The notes under the pieces were generated by a model. It had not been told where the DNA came from. It was given only the letters and a program-made list of their open reading frames with translations, and ran no database searches. A stretch of DNA of 64,000 bases from an uncultured archaeon (GTDB lineage: Archaea > Aenigmatarchaeota > Aenigmatarchaeia > Aenigmatarchaeales > DAIDAN01), in contig CAZJGC010000002.1 of the NCBI GenBank assembly GCA_964545795.1, forward strand, positions 1,929-65,928, written 5' to 3'. Shown piece after piece: positions 29,058-38,295 of this stretch. The translations under genes and the position numbers were made by a program. The first letter of the stretch is position 1. Each line of letters starts with the position of its first letter.

Positions 29058-29999
29058 TCATGCGCACCCTGCTTCTATTATTGCTTTCTTTCCTATTATG
29101 TTCTTTGCAGTTATTTTTATGTTGTTTACAGTAATGGTTTTGCCTTTTTCAATTTCATGGTATTTGTCTATGCCTTCCATAACAGTTTCGCCGTTTTCCC
29201 TTACTTCAATCAGCACTGAAATATCGCTTGAAGCATTGTAAAATACTTCATAGTTTTTTGAGTTGCATGTTCCTGAAAAAACGGTGTCTCCGTATGACAG
29301 CCTTTTGCCCAGCACAAGGCAGCAGTCTATGTCTGGTTTGCAGCCGTTGCTTCCGCACTTTGGATTGCAGACGTCATCCTGCTTGCATATTTCAGTGCAT
29401 GAGTAGGCTGGTCTGCAGTAGTCTCCGTTCCATTTGCACCCCATTTTTTCGCATTCCTCTTTTTTAATGCAATTGTAACAATCCGCTCCTTTGTAACCAT
29501 AGCCGCAGTTGCCGGAAGGAGCATATTTTATTACCAGTTTTGCAGGTTCTGTTGAGCCGTCTTCCATTCTAACCAGAGCAGGAAATTCATATTCCGGAGA
29601 ATCAGCTTTTACTGCAGGAGGTATTCTGCCTGTCCTCATGTTCTTTACTCCAAAGTCCCATGATTTATCCTGCGTGGATATTGTGATTACAGAAGCAAGC
29701 AATGAGTCAATGCAGGAGATTCTGTCAAGCTCATTTACAGTGTTTCCATATTTTGCATAACATTCCTGCTGTTTCAGTTTTGTTTCATTAAAAACTCCTT
29801 TCATGTCTGCAAGGCATGGTGCCGAGAGCAGATTTTCTCCAAGGTCTATTGCGAGCCTTTCTTTGCTGTTTTCTCTTATATCTGCTTTGAATTGCGTAAG
29901 AGAAAGTATTCCGAATGCTATAAAGCCAACAAGAATAGCCAATACAGTTATTTTTATAAACATCTCGCTTATTTCCATTTGTCCTTTCAATAATTTCAC
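29058..29999 (-). CDS. Cys-rich pilin-like protein with a KGQ prepilin motif
   Basis: MKLLKGQMEISEMFIKITVLAILVGF resembles the archaeal class III signal peptide, KGQxSxEF. More than 20 Cys. The C-terminal domain is homologous to that of 31270..32799. Confidence 0.55.
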   Translation of the reverse strand: MKLLKGQMEISEMFIKITVLAILVGFIAFGILSLTQFKADIRENSKERLAIDLGENLLSAPCLADMKGVFNETKLKQQECYAKYGNTVNELDRISCIDSLLASVITISTQDKSWDFGVKNMRTGRIPPAVKADSPEYEFPALVRMEDGSTEPAKLVIKYAPSGNCGYGYKGADCYNCIKKEECEKMGCKWNGDYCRPAYSCTEICKQDDVCNPKCGSNGCKPDIDCCLVLGKRLSYGDTVFSGTCNSKNYEVFYNASSDISVLIEVRENGETVMEGIDKYHEIEKGKTITVNNIKITAKNIIGKKAIIEAGCA

Positions 30000-30434
30000 C
30001 TATTTATTCAAACCTATTTTTGTCTTTATGGCTGATTCTACCGTTACATTGTTTATATGGGTTTCAGAGAACATGCAATAGTCATTGACGCAGTCTCCTG
30101 TTATATCCTTTAAATAAACATATGGCAGCGGCGATTTCTGTTCAAACATCAGGTTTGCCCTTTTTGTCAGCTTTCCCACTATTATGTTTATTACAGGATT
30201 TTCTTCAAATACTTTCATGTTATGCGTTACTTTGGGAAAAAATTCAAGAGCATAAAAGTCAGGAGCAAAATTGCTCATTGAAAGCATGCCTGACATATAT
30301 TCCTGCATAATTCTTGCATCTGCATAAGCAAAATATTCCATTAACATAAGTCCTGTTTGAGTTACAAGATAAAAAAATAAAACAAGTATAATTATATCTC
30401 CTGCAAAAATAACAAGGTCGTATATTTCAGACAT
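30000..30434 (-). CDS. Membrane protein, hypothetical
   Basis: N-terminal TM segment DIIILVLFFYLVTQTGLML. Confidence 0.4.
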   Translation of the reverse strand: MSEIYDLVIFAGDIIILVLFFYLVTQTGLMLMEYFAYADARIMQEYMSGMLSMSNFAPDFYALEFFPKVTHNMKVFEENPVINIIVGKLTKRANLMFEQKSPLPYVYLKDITGDCVNDYCMFSETHINNVTVESAIKTKIGLNK

Positions 30435-30548
30435 AATTTCACCTGCTGCCTAAAGCAGTTTAAGCCACATAACAAGACCAAGCACTATTATAATAAATAC
30501 AATTATTCCAACTAACCACAGCAGTTCATCATCTAACATGCAAATCAA

Positions 30549-30806
30549 CTAACAAAATCCGCTTCTCCTGCATATTTTCCTACAATTGTCTGCGTTAGAG
30601 CAGCCGATTTTTTCCATAATGCTGTTTGTAAGTTTCGAGTCTTTGCATCCGTCAATATTCCATTTGCTGCAGGCTGCTGTTCTGTCGGCAAGGCTGCCTG
30701 TGTCTTTAACATTGTTGTTTATTGGATTTATTATGCCAATCAACAATGCAACAAACACTATTAGTGCTATTAAAATTAAAACCAAAAACCTTGCTGAAAG
30801 TTCCAT
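30549..30806 (-). CDS. Small Cys-rich pilin-like protein
   Basis: MELSARFLVLILIALIVFVALLIGI plus 6 Cys. Confidence 0.4.
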   Translation of the reverse strand: MELSARFLVLILIALIVFVALLIGIINPINNNVKDTGSLADRTAACSKWNIDGCKDSKLTNSIMEKIGCSNADNCRKICRRSGFC

Positions 30807-31000
30807 ATTGAAAATTATTTTCTTTTTCTTATAAGTTTAATGCAGAATAAGATTTATGAAGTTGTTTATGTAGTATGAAAGCATTGAAGTCATTTTTCCT
30901 GTTCCGGGAGTGATTATAATCACAATAACTGATATAAGAAAGAAAATGATAAGAACAAGGATAATAATATCTTTAAGCGAACTCACAGGCAGGCTTATTC

Positions 31001-31279
31001 TCATATACAGACACCTATGCTCTTATCGCACTTATTTCTGCATTGTTCATCAATAAAGCATAAACATTGCCCGTTTTTGCAAATGCCGTTTCCAGCGCAA
31101 TCAGAATTTTCTGAACATCCTGCCCTGAACTTAAAGGATTCCTCTGACATTTTTTCTATTGAGCTTGGCTCTTCTTCAGAACCAATAAAAATAGGCGAAT
31201 AAATTCCAGCCAGAACAACTATTGCAACAATTATTGTTATGGCTAACATAAGCATAGACCATGTGACTTTCATTTGCAA
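31001..31279 (-). CDS. Small Cys-rich pilin-like protein
   Basis: TM helix, then a GCSENSDCAGNGICKNGQCLC knot-like domain. Confidence 0.4.
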   Translation of the reverse strand: MQMKVTWSMLMLAITIIVAIVVLAGIYSPIFIGSEEEPSSIEKMSEESFKFRAGCSENSDCAGNGICKNGQCLCFIDEQCRNKCDKSIGVCI

Positions 31280-32799
31280 CTCACTCCTATAAGTGCTTTT
31301 CTATTATTGTAATCTATGTCTTTTACTGATATTTTTATGCTGTCAAATGTTTCTGTTTTCCCTTTGTCAACTATTTTGTTTTTGTATTTTTCTGCATTGT
31401 CTTCAAATACTGTCACTATGATGTTTTCTTGAACAACACCCGAGAGGAATACTTTATAGTATTTTTTATCTGAACATGTCCCTGAAAATATTGGCACGTC
31501 ATTGCTGACATGATATTCGCTTACAGAATAGCTGGTTTTGCATGATGTCCATTCATCTTCCTTTGCGTCCCTGCAGTCAAGATTAAATGTTCCTGCACCT
31601 CCTGCGTAAGATAAACTTATATCAAATGTTTTTGCTTTCCAGCAGAAATTGTCAAATTTAAATTCACATGTTTCCATGTTGTCAATATTGCCGCAATTTA
31701 CACTGGAAGTTTCTTTATCAAGGTCGCAATCTCTGTCCGGATTAGTAACTGCCACAGTTATTTTCGCATTTTCTATTTTTTTATTTGCATAATTATTGAG
31801 TTTGAACTCAAGGCTTGTGTCTTTATCAACAATGCCTTTGTATTTTATTTTTGCGCCTGAAATGTAAATTCCTTCTCCATATTCAATTACCCATTTGTAA
31901 TTTTTGCATTTAAGTTGTAAGTGGTTTTTATCTGTAATCGTCACACCTTCATTCTCTTCATTGCATACAAGCCATTTTGCTTCATTGGACCAGCCCTTTC
32001 CAGATTGTTCATAGCCGCAGGCAATATCATACTTTAACTTGTATACATGAGTGCCTCCTATTGTTGTGTCCAGCAATGGACAGCAGTCTTTTTTATCGTT
32101 TACTTTTGGGCAGTATTCTTTGAAATCAGAGCATTTGTCTGTCACAGAATCTGTGAAAACCTGCGTTAATATTTTGTCAGAGGATTTTTTATCGCAGCTA
32201 AAACCGTATCTGCGTTTGCACAGAACCCATGGCGCAATCTTGCATTCAGTAGCGCATATAGAATATTCTGACCTTCCCATGTCCTTGCATTTTACTTCTT
32301 CGCATCCCCTGTCAAAAGTTATAAAGTCCTTGATTTTGCTGTTAGAAACACCGCTTAATATAATGCTTCCCGGAATAACATAATGTATATAATCTTTGTC
32401 AAGCGGCTTATTTCTTATTAATCCTTCTTTCGTGGCTTCTGACGTGAATAATACGCACCTATCAGATCTGAATTTTTTTATTGAAAAGAACTGGTTTATT
32501 CTTTCTCCGGAATCTTCAACGTAGTCAGACAAGTGCTCGTTTCCATAAGTTCCTTCGTCTGTTGGGTGAAATTCAAATATGCTAACTGGTGTTGTGTCTG
32601 TATCAATTTTTACATGCAGTGCTTTATGCCCCGCGCTTATGCTAATTTCCTTTGAACTTACTCCTTTAAGGATATCAAATATGTTTCCCAAACCTTTTTT
32701 GGATTCATTTCCGTGAGAAACGAAAATAAACCCAAGCACTGCAAGCGCTAAAAAGGCTATTATAATAATAACCAGCGTGTTTGTTGGAAGAGGGTCCAT
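31270..32799 (-). CDS. Large Cys-rich surface protein
   Basis: The N-terminus MDPLPTNTLVIIIIAFLALAV is similar to ELPINTLVVVAIAV of the pilin at 34114. The C-terminal domain is shared with 29058..29999. Confidence 0.5.
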   Translation of the reverse strand: MDPLPTNTLVIIIIAFLALAVLGFIFVSHGNESKKGLGNIFDILKGVSSKEISISAGHKALHVKIDTDTTPVSIFEFHPTDEGTYGNEHLSDYVEDSGERINQFFSIKKFRSDRCVLFTSEATKEGLIRNKPLDKDYIHYVIPGSIILSGVSNSKIKDFITFDRGCEEVKCKDMGRSEYSICATECKIAPWVLCKRRYGFSCDKKSSDKILTQVFTDSVTDKCSDFKEYCPKVNDKKDCCPLLDTTIGGTHVYKLKYDIACGYEQSGKGWSNEAKWLVCNEENEGVTITDKNHLQLKCKNYKWVIEYGEGIYISGAKIKYKGIVDKDTSLEFKLNNYANKKIENAKITVAVTNPDRDCDLDKETSSVNCGNIDNMETCEFKFDNFCWKAKTFDISLSYAGGAGTFNLDCRDAKEDEWTSCKTSYSVSEYHVSNDVPIFSGTCSDKKYYKVFLSGVVQENIIVTVFEDNAEKYKNKIVDKGKTETFDSIKISVKDIDYNNRKALIGVSCK

Positions 32800-32812
32800 T
32801 TAATTTCACCTT

Positions 32813-33562
32813 TTAACCCGTGGTTTTGAATTCATGAATTTTTACTTTAATCACAGGTTTGCCTTTTAAAGGCAAAATACTGTCATCAGGATTATACATA
32901 ATTTCAACAGTATAATCTTTTCCCATTTCCATTTTGCCTTTCCATTTTATCCTGTCGTCTTTTTCCGGGGTGCCTTTGCATCTGTCATAACATTTTTTCC
33001 CTTTGCTTATATCATCATCACTGCTTCCGCAGTCTGAATTTCCCCATTCTCCTTCTTTTGTTTCAGAACCGCAAAGCCTGTTTTGGGCAAGCAGTCCCCA
33101 TATTGTGGTTGTCCATTCGTCCACTACCTTTGTCTTGTCTGTTCCTATGCTCTTTGCATTGCAGTAATCGTCTTTTATTATGCTTAAATCTGCCTGCGTC
33201 TTTGAGGCGTCTGTGCAGTCAAGTTGTTTTGCAATTTTTATTGGGTGGTCAACAAAAAAGTTTGAAAACAACGCGGTTTCCGATTTGCATCTCTTATAAC
33301 ATATTTTCCATGCATACTCAATTGCTTCCCCAATAAGCGCTGATGCTTCATAAGAATCAAAACCATCTTCTGCGTAACTGTTGTAACTGTTTTCAAGATT
33401 GTTTAAATAATTATCCTGCTCGTATTTTGTTGTGTATTTTGTCCAGTCATTTGTTATTGATTCTGTTGAATTTTTGAAAATATTTGTGATTCCAAGGTAT
33501 ATAACCAGCATTAAAATGGCTAAGACAATTATTATAATCGTGCTCATTGTCATTGATTTCAT
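32813..33562 (-). CDS. Cys-rich pilin-like or surface protein
   Basis: The likely start is MKSMTMSTIIIIVLAILMLVIY, not the track start at 33625. Confidence 0.45.
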   Translation of the reverse strand: MKSMTMSTIIIIVLAILMLVIYLGITNIFKNSTESITNDWTKYTTKYEQDNYLNNLENSYNSYAEDGFDSYEASALIGEAIEYAWKICYKRCKSETALFSNFFVDHPIKIAKQLDCTDASKTQADLSIIKDDYCNAKSIGTDKTKVVDEWTTTIWGLLAQNRLCGSETKEGEWGNSDCGSSDDDISKGKKCYDRCKGTPEKDDRIKWKGKMEMGKDYTVEIMYNPDDSILPLKGKPVIKVKIHEFKTTG

Positions 33563-33563
33563 T

Positions 33564-33743
33564 CTAACACCAAAACTTAGCAAGCCATCCTGCTTTTTCG
33601 CATACCATTTTCTTTGCAAATGCATCTATTGTATTTAGTTGGTCAGGAGCGCTTAAAAAGGAAACTATAAAAAATATTATTGCTGCAAGAATAGCCACAA
33701 GTATAAGGGCAACTATTGGGTTAATTACTATATCTCCTTTCAT
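33564..33743 (-). CDS. Small prepilin-like protein (59 aa)
   Basis: Manual translation: MKG|DIVINPIVALILVAILAAIIFFIVSF... Its stop is 1 nt from the next gene's start. Confidence 0.35.
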   Translation of the reverse strand: MKGDIVINPIVALILVAILAAIIFFIVSFLSAPDQLNTIDAFAKKMVCEKAGWLAKFWC

Positions 33744-34113
33744 GAATTCACCATTTCAAAAATATTTTCTTTATTATTGTGAACATATCAGGAACATTCA
33801 AAAATATTGAAGCAACTGCTGTTATTATTGTTAATAAAATTACGAAAAAGATAGCAGCAATAATAATGCTTTTTATGTTTGAAAATACTAATCTCATCCT
33901 ATCAGCACCTTAAACAATCCATGTGATTGGGTATAAAAATATAAAACGCTTATAAGTATGAGTATTCCTGCCAAAGCCAGTGCAAAATACATAATGGTTT
34001 TTATTAATTCTTCGTCCATATTCTTAGTTTGCAAAGTTCTTATTTATAATTGCCGTTATCTTTATATATAATGCTTTTTATTAATTTTTTAATTAATTTT
34101 GGGTGAGATTTCA

Positions 34114-34638
34114 ATGAAAAGGCAAAAAGGAATTGAGCTTCCGATAAATACGCTTGTTGTTGTTGCCATAGCTGTTATAATTCTTCTTGCTGTTGCTGCA
34201 TTCTTTATGGGTGTATGGACTCCAAGCGCAGGAGGAATGCAGGCTCTGGCAGCCAAAAACCGCGCATGCGGTCAGTTAATGAACATTGGTTGTAACGATG
34301 CTACTGAATCCGATATGAGGAGCATAAATTTTGATTTTGATTATGATAACTCTGGCACTACGGCTGATGATAATCTTTACGGCTATTGTAAATATAGTTA
34401 TCCTTCCCTGAGCGGCGGAGAACTTCTAAAGAGTTGCAAAAAGATGTGCGGTTGTCCCGGATATTCTGGTATAGGCACAAGCAGCGGAATTAATACAGGA
34501 GGAGGTTCTGCCGGAGGTTCCGGTTCTGGAGGCTCTGGGACAGGTTCAGGCGGCAGTTCCGGTTCAGGCAGCGGTTCCGGAACAGGAGGCGGAGTATCCG
34601 GAATAAATCTTCCGAATCCTATGCAAGGCGGCAGGTGA
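34114..34638 (+). CDS. Archaeal type IV pilin-like protein with a Gly/Ser-rich C-terminal tail
   Basis: MKRQKG|IELPINTLVVVAIAVIILLAVAAF class-III-like signal. The track start is a TTG about 15 nt upstream. Confidence 0.55.
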   Translation: MKRQKGIELPINTLVVVAIAVIILLAVAAFFMGVWTPSAGGMQALAAKNRACGQLMNIGCNDATESDMRSINFDFDYDNSGTTADDNLYGYCKYSYPSLSGGELLKSCKKMCGCPGYSGIGTSSGINTGGGSAGGSGSGGSGTGSGGSSGSGSGSGTGGGVSGINLPNPMQGGR

Positions 34639-34645
34639 TAAAATA

Positions 34646-35557
34646 ATGAAAATACTTTTGCCTTTTGTTGCGGTTTTGGGTTTAATATTTGTTTTTAGTG
34701 TTTTTGCTGTTGCATTAGATTGCCCACAGACATCATGTTATAATTATATTTCTGGCGGAAAGTTCTTTTCTTTTAAACTTTCAAATTTCAAGGCTAAACA
34801 ATTTTTTTCATGTGATAAAGATTTATGGGGTTCTTCAGAGGTAAAAGGACTTATTAGAGTATGTTGTTATCAAAAGTATGAATTCTGTAAGTATGGTTGC
34901 AAAGATGGTCAATGCCTGCCAAACCCTGAAGTAAAGAATGAAGAATTAGATAGTTATTTGAGTATGCCAGAATTCTCAACTATAAAAGTTTCCGGGAAAA
35001 AAGTAGAATTAAAGTTAAAAGCCGGTGCTAATCTTGTTGGAGGATTTAAGTTTGATATTAATACATTTAAGAACAATGACTGTGAATTGTTGTATTTTAA
35101 TGGTTTTTCTGATACAAAAAACCCTTTTGTATATTATACTCAAGGAGAGTTTAGAAAGACAAATAGTGTTGGCAGAACTTTAAGTACTCTTGGATACTGG
35201 ATACCTCTTAAAAAAGATTGCACAATAACAGTTGATTTGGAGGTTTGGGGTCAAATAAATCTTAAAAGGACTAACGAGAACAAGAATGGTGAAGCGCAGT
35301 TAATATCAGTTCCGTTTGATGTTACAAAGGCGGAATTAGAGAAAGCTGGCTGTAAATTTACTAGATTTAATAAATATTCAACAACTGACAAACCTTTTGT
35401 GTATTGGGACACAACTACTGAAAATGGAGAATTTAAATCCACAGATACGCTCAAAGCTGATGGCAGGGGTTATTGGATTCCTCTTTTAAAAGGCTGCACT
35501 CTGAAAGCAGGGATTGTGTACGCTAACGAAGGAGATGTTAATCAGCCATCAAAATAA
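34646..35557 (+). CDS. Secreted protein with an internal ~100-aa duplication
   Basis: Signal peptide MKILLPFVAVLGLIFVFSVFA. Repeats: KNPFVYYTQGEFRKTNSVGRTLSTLGYWIPLKKDCT and DKPFVYWDTTTENGEFKSTDTLKADGRGYWIPLLKGCT. Confidence 0.5.
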   Translation: MKILLPFVAVLGLIFVFSVFAVALDCPQTSCYNYISGGKFFSFKLSNFKAKQFFSCDKDLWGSSEVKGLIRVCCYQKYEFCKYGCKDGQCLPNPEVKNEELDSYLSMPEFSTIKVSGKKVELKLKAGANLVGGFKFDINTFKNNDCELLYFNGFSDTKNPFVYYTQGEFRKTNSVGRTLSTLGYWIPLKKDCTITVDLEVWGQINLKRTNENKNGEAQLISVPFDVTKAELEKAGCKFTRFNKYSTTDKPFVYWDTTTENGEFKSTDTLKADGRGYWIPLLKGCTLKAGIVYANEGDVNQPSK

Positions 35558-35563
35558 TTAATA

Positions 35564-36103
35564 ATGACTTTGTATTTTATTACAGGGAACAAAAGCAAGT
35601 TTGAGGAAGCCAGCGCAATTCTCCCTGGTATCAGGCAGTTTAATGTTGAATTGCCTGAAATCCAGAGTATTAATGCAAGAGAAATTGTTAAAACAAAACT
35701 TCTTGAAGCAATGAACCATAAAAAAGCTGAATTTATTGTTGAAGACACTTCTCTTTATCTTGATTGCCTTAATGGTTTGCCAGGCCCTTTAATAAAATGG
35801 TTTATGAAAACTATTGGAAATGAGGGGCTATTTAATATAGTTGAAAAGTTTGGAAATCCAAATGCAGAAGCAAAAACTGTTATTGGATATGCAAAAAACC
35901 CTAAGGAGGTTTATTATTTTGAGGGCTCAATCAAGGGGAGAATAGTGTCGCCGAAAGGCAGGTCTGGTTTTGGCTGGGACCCTGTCTTTCAGCCAGAGGG
36001 CTGTTCAAAAACATTTGCTGAAATTACTCAGGAAGAAAAGAACAAAATAAGCATGAGAAGAATTGCGCTTAACAAATTAAAAGAATTTTTAGAATCGTTT
36101 TAA
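35564..36103 (+). CDS. Ham1/RdgB dITP/XTP pyrophosphatase
   Basis: LYFITGNKSKFEEA, FIVEDTSL and GFGWDPVFQP motifs. Confidence 0.8.
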   Translation: MTLYFITGNKSKFEEASAILPGIRQFNVELPEIQSINAREIVKTKLLEAMNHKKAEFIVEDTSLYLDCLNGLPGPLIKWFMKTIGNEGLFNIVEKFGNPNAEAKTVIGYAKNPKEVYYFEGSIKGRIVSPKGRSGFGWDPVFQPEGCSKTFAEITQEEKNKISMRRIALNKLKEFLESF

Positions 36104-36152
36104 TTTGGCATTCAAAACGAATTAATAAATATATGTTAACGCAAATAATAAT

Positions 36153-36521
36153 ATGATAGTTGATAAAAAACTCCTGTTATTGTCTGTTCCTTTAATGGTT
36201 GTTGTGTTTGCAAGCGGTTGCATTCATGAGCAGGCGCAAAAAAATGGAGATAATGTTAAAACACCTGTTTCTCAAGAAGGAAGCGTTTTCATTAAAGATT
36301 TTTCCTTTATTCCCAAAACTCTTAATGTAAAAGTTGGAACTACCGTGATTTGGACTAATAAAGATTCTGTTTCGCATACCATTACATCAGGAGAAGATTT
36401 TGATTCAGGAAATCTGAAAAAAGGAGAGACATTTTCATATACTTTCAACAAGCCCGGAACTTTCAATTATATTTGCACAATACACCCCTACATGAAAGGC
36501 AAAATAATAGTCAGTGAGTAA
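36153..36521 (+). CDS. Cupredoxin (plastocyanin/halocyanin-like blue copper protein), lipoprotein-like
   Basis: ASGC lipobox-like sequence. Copper ligands in H...CTIHPYM. Confidence 0.7.
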   Translation: MIVDKKLLLLSVPLMVVVFASGCIHEQAQKNGDNVKTPVSQEGSVFIKDFSFIPKTLNVKVGTTVIWTNKDSVSHTITSGEDFDSGNLKKGETFSYTFNKPGTFNYICTIHPYMKGKIIVSE

Positions 36522-36776
36522 ATATGTTGGAAAGCATAACTTATTATCAAATTTTTGGAAAACCTTTAATATTTTATTTGGGTATTATTGTTTTGTCTTC
36601 TTTTCTGTTTACTGCGTTAATTGCAATTCTAAACAAAAGAGGTATAAACAAGATATCAATTAAGTGGCATTCAAGAATGGCAATTTTGTCAATAATTTTG
36701 GCATTGATTCATGGCGTTCTTGGCATATTAGCTTATTTCTAAAGTTTAAAAAATAATGAAAAATAAAAAAATATTT

Positions 36777-36926
36777 CTAAACTTTAAGTTGCAGTATTTT
36801 TGCGGCTTCTTCAACGCTTACTTCAATATATTTGTCATCCTGCTGGCATGTTGGACAATGCACTGGCGGAGCAACTCCATAATGTATGTCATCGCATACA
36901 GTGCATCTCCAGAATTTTTTCTCCAT
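36777..36926 (-). CDS. Rubredoxin-like Zn-ribbon protein (49 aa)
   Basis: Manual translation: MEKKFWRCTVCDDIHYGVAPPVHCPTCQQDDKYIEV... Confidence 0.45.
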   Translation of the reverse strand: MEKKFWRCTVCDDIHYGVAPPVHCPTCQQDDKYIEVSVEEAAKILQLKV

Positions 36927-36974
36927 TTTTCAACCTCGCATATTTTTTTTATAAAACAGCGCCCCTATGAAAGC

Positions 36975-38264
36975 CTATGAAAAATTGGGAACACAGCACT
37001 TATGGCCAATTTCCTTTTTTGCGTTTTTGCTTATTCTTTTTATTGCAAGAATATAGGCTCCCAACCTTGGGCTTACTTTATATTCTTTTGCTGTTTCCAT
37101 GACTTTGTTTGTGTTTATTTTCATTCTCTTCTTAAGTTCTTTTTCAACCTTTTTTTCGTCCCAATAGTTATTTTCCATGTTTTGTTTCCATTCAAAATAA
37201 GATACTGTAACGCCTCCTGCATTGGCAAGTATGTCGGGAATCACAAAAATATTCTTCTTTTCTATAACTTTATCGGCGCTTGGAGTAATAGGTCCGTTTG
37301 CAAGTTCTAAAATAATTTTTGGATTTATTCTGTTTACATTCTCCATATTTATAACATTCTCAAGCGCGGCAGGAACCAATATATCGCAATCCATTTCTAA
37401 TATAGCCCTGTTTGTTGTGTTTGTGCTTTTTTTGCATTCGCTTACGCAGCCGTTTCTTTTTTTGTGTTCAATTAGCAGAGGTATGTCTAAGCCATCTTTA
37501 TTATATACTGCGCCTTTTGAATCAGAAGCAGCTATTACTTTTGCACCTTCTTCATATGCAAATTTTGCAAAATTCATTCCTGCGTTGCCAAATCCCTGTA
37601 TAACAATTTTTTTATCTTTCAACGAATCAATGTTTTTGACATATTTCTTTTCTATGATTTCTTTTAATACAAACAGCCCTCCTTTTGCTGTAGCAGTATC
37701 TCTTCCATAAGAGCCGCCTTTTTCTACAGGTTTTCCTGTTACAACCGCCGGTTCCTTTTTTCCTATGCATTTGCTGTATTCGTCCATAATCCATGACATA
37801 ACTTCTGCATTAGTGTAAACGTCAGGAGCAAGTATATCAATTTTAGGACCTATTAACGGAAATATTCTTTGAACAAAAGCTCTGGTCATTTCTTCAAGTT
37901 CTCGTTTGGACATGTCTTTTGGATTGCATATAATACCGCCTTTTCCGCCGCCAAAAGGAATGTCTGCAACAGCGCATTTGATTGTCATCCATGTAGCCAA
38001 TGCTCTTATTTCGTCCTGGTCAACCTTCCAATGATATCTTATTCCCCCTTTAAATGGGCCTCTCATATGGTTGTGCTGAATTCTGTAGCCTGTAAATATT
38101 TTTACTGAGCCGTCATCCATCTTTACAGGAAATGTAACTTTCAGTTCTTTGTGCGTTGAGAGCAAAGCTTCTCTAACCCATGGCTCTAAATTTATCTTTT
38201 CAGATGCTTTGATTATATTTTCTTTTGCATTTTCAAAAGGATTTGTTTGCGTCATATCTTTCAC
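36975..38264 (-). CDS. gdhA: Glutamate dehydrogenase
   Basis: GGGKGG Lys-containing active-site region and GFGNAG Rossmann motif. Confidence 0.85.
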   Translation of the reverse strand: MKDMTQTNPFENAKENIIKASEKINLEPWVREALLSTHKELKVTFPVKMDDGSVKIFTGYRIQHNHMRGPFKGGIRYHWKVDQDEIRALATWMTIKCAVADIPFGGGKGGIICNPKDMSKRELEEMTRAFVQRIFPLIGPKIDILAPDVYTNAEVMSWIMDEYSKCIGKKEPAVVTGKPVEKGGSYGRDTATAKGGLFVLKEIIEKKYVKNIDSLKDKKIVIQGFGNAGMNFAKFAYEEGAKVIAASDSKGAVYNKDGLDIPLLIEHKKRNGCVSECKKSTNTTNRAILEMDCDILVPAALENVINMENVNRINPKIILELANGPITPSADKVIEKKNIFVIPDILANAGGVTVSYFEWKQNMENNYWDEKKVEKELKKRMKINTNKVMETAKEYKVSPRLGAYILAIKRISKNAKKEIGHKCCVPNFS

Positions 38265-38295
38265 TTTATTTTTGGTTTTTGCATAATTTAAAGAT

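Noticed and set aside
34480-34620. GGN/AGY tandem-repeat DNA as a satellite or non-coding repeat
   Set aside because: It lies in-frame within the pilin ORF and encodes a Gly/Ser linker. It is treated as coding low complexity.
37002-37710. Plus-strand ORFs inside gdh
   Set aside because: They are shadows of the strongly supported minus-strand glutamate dehydrogenase.
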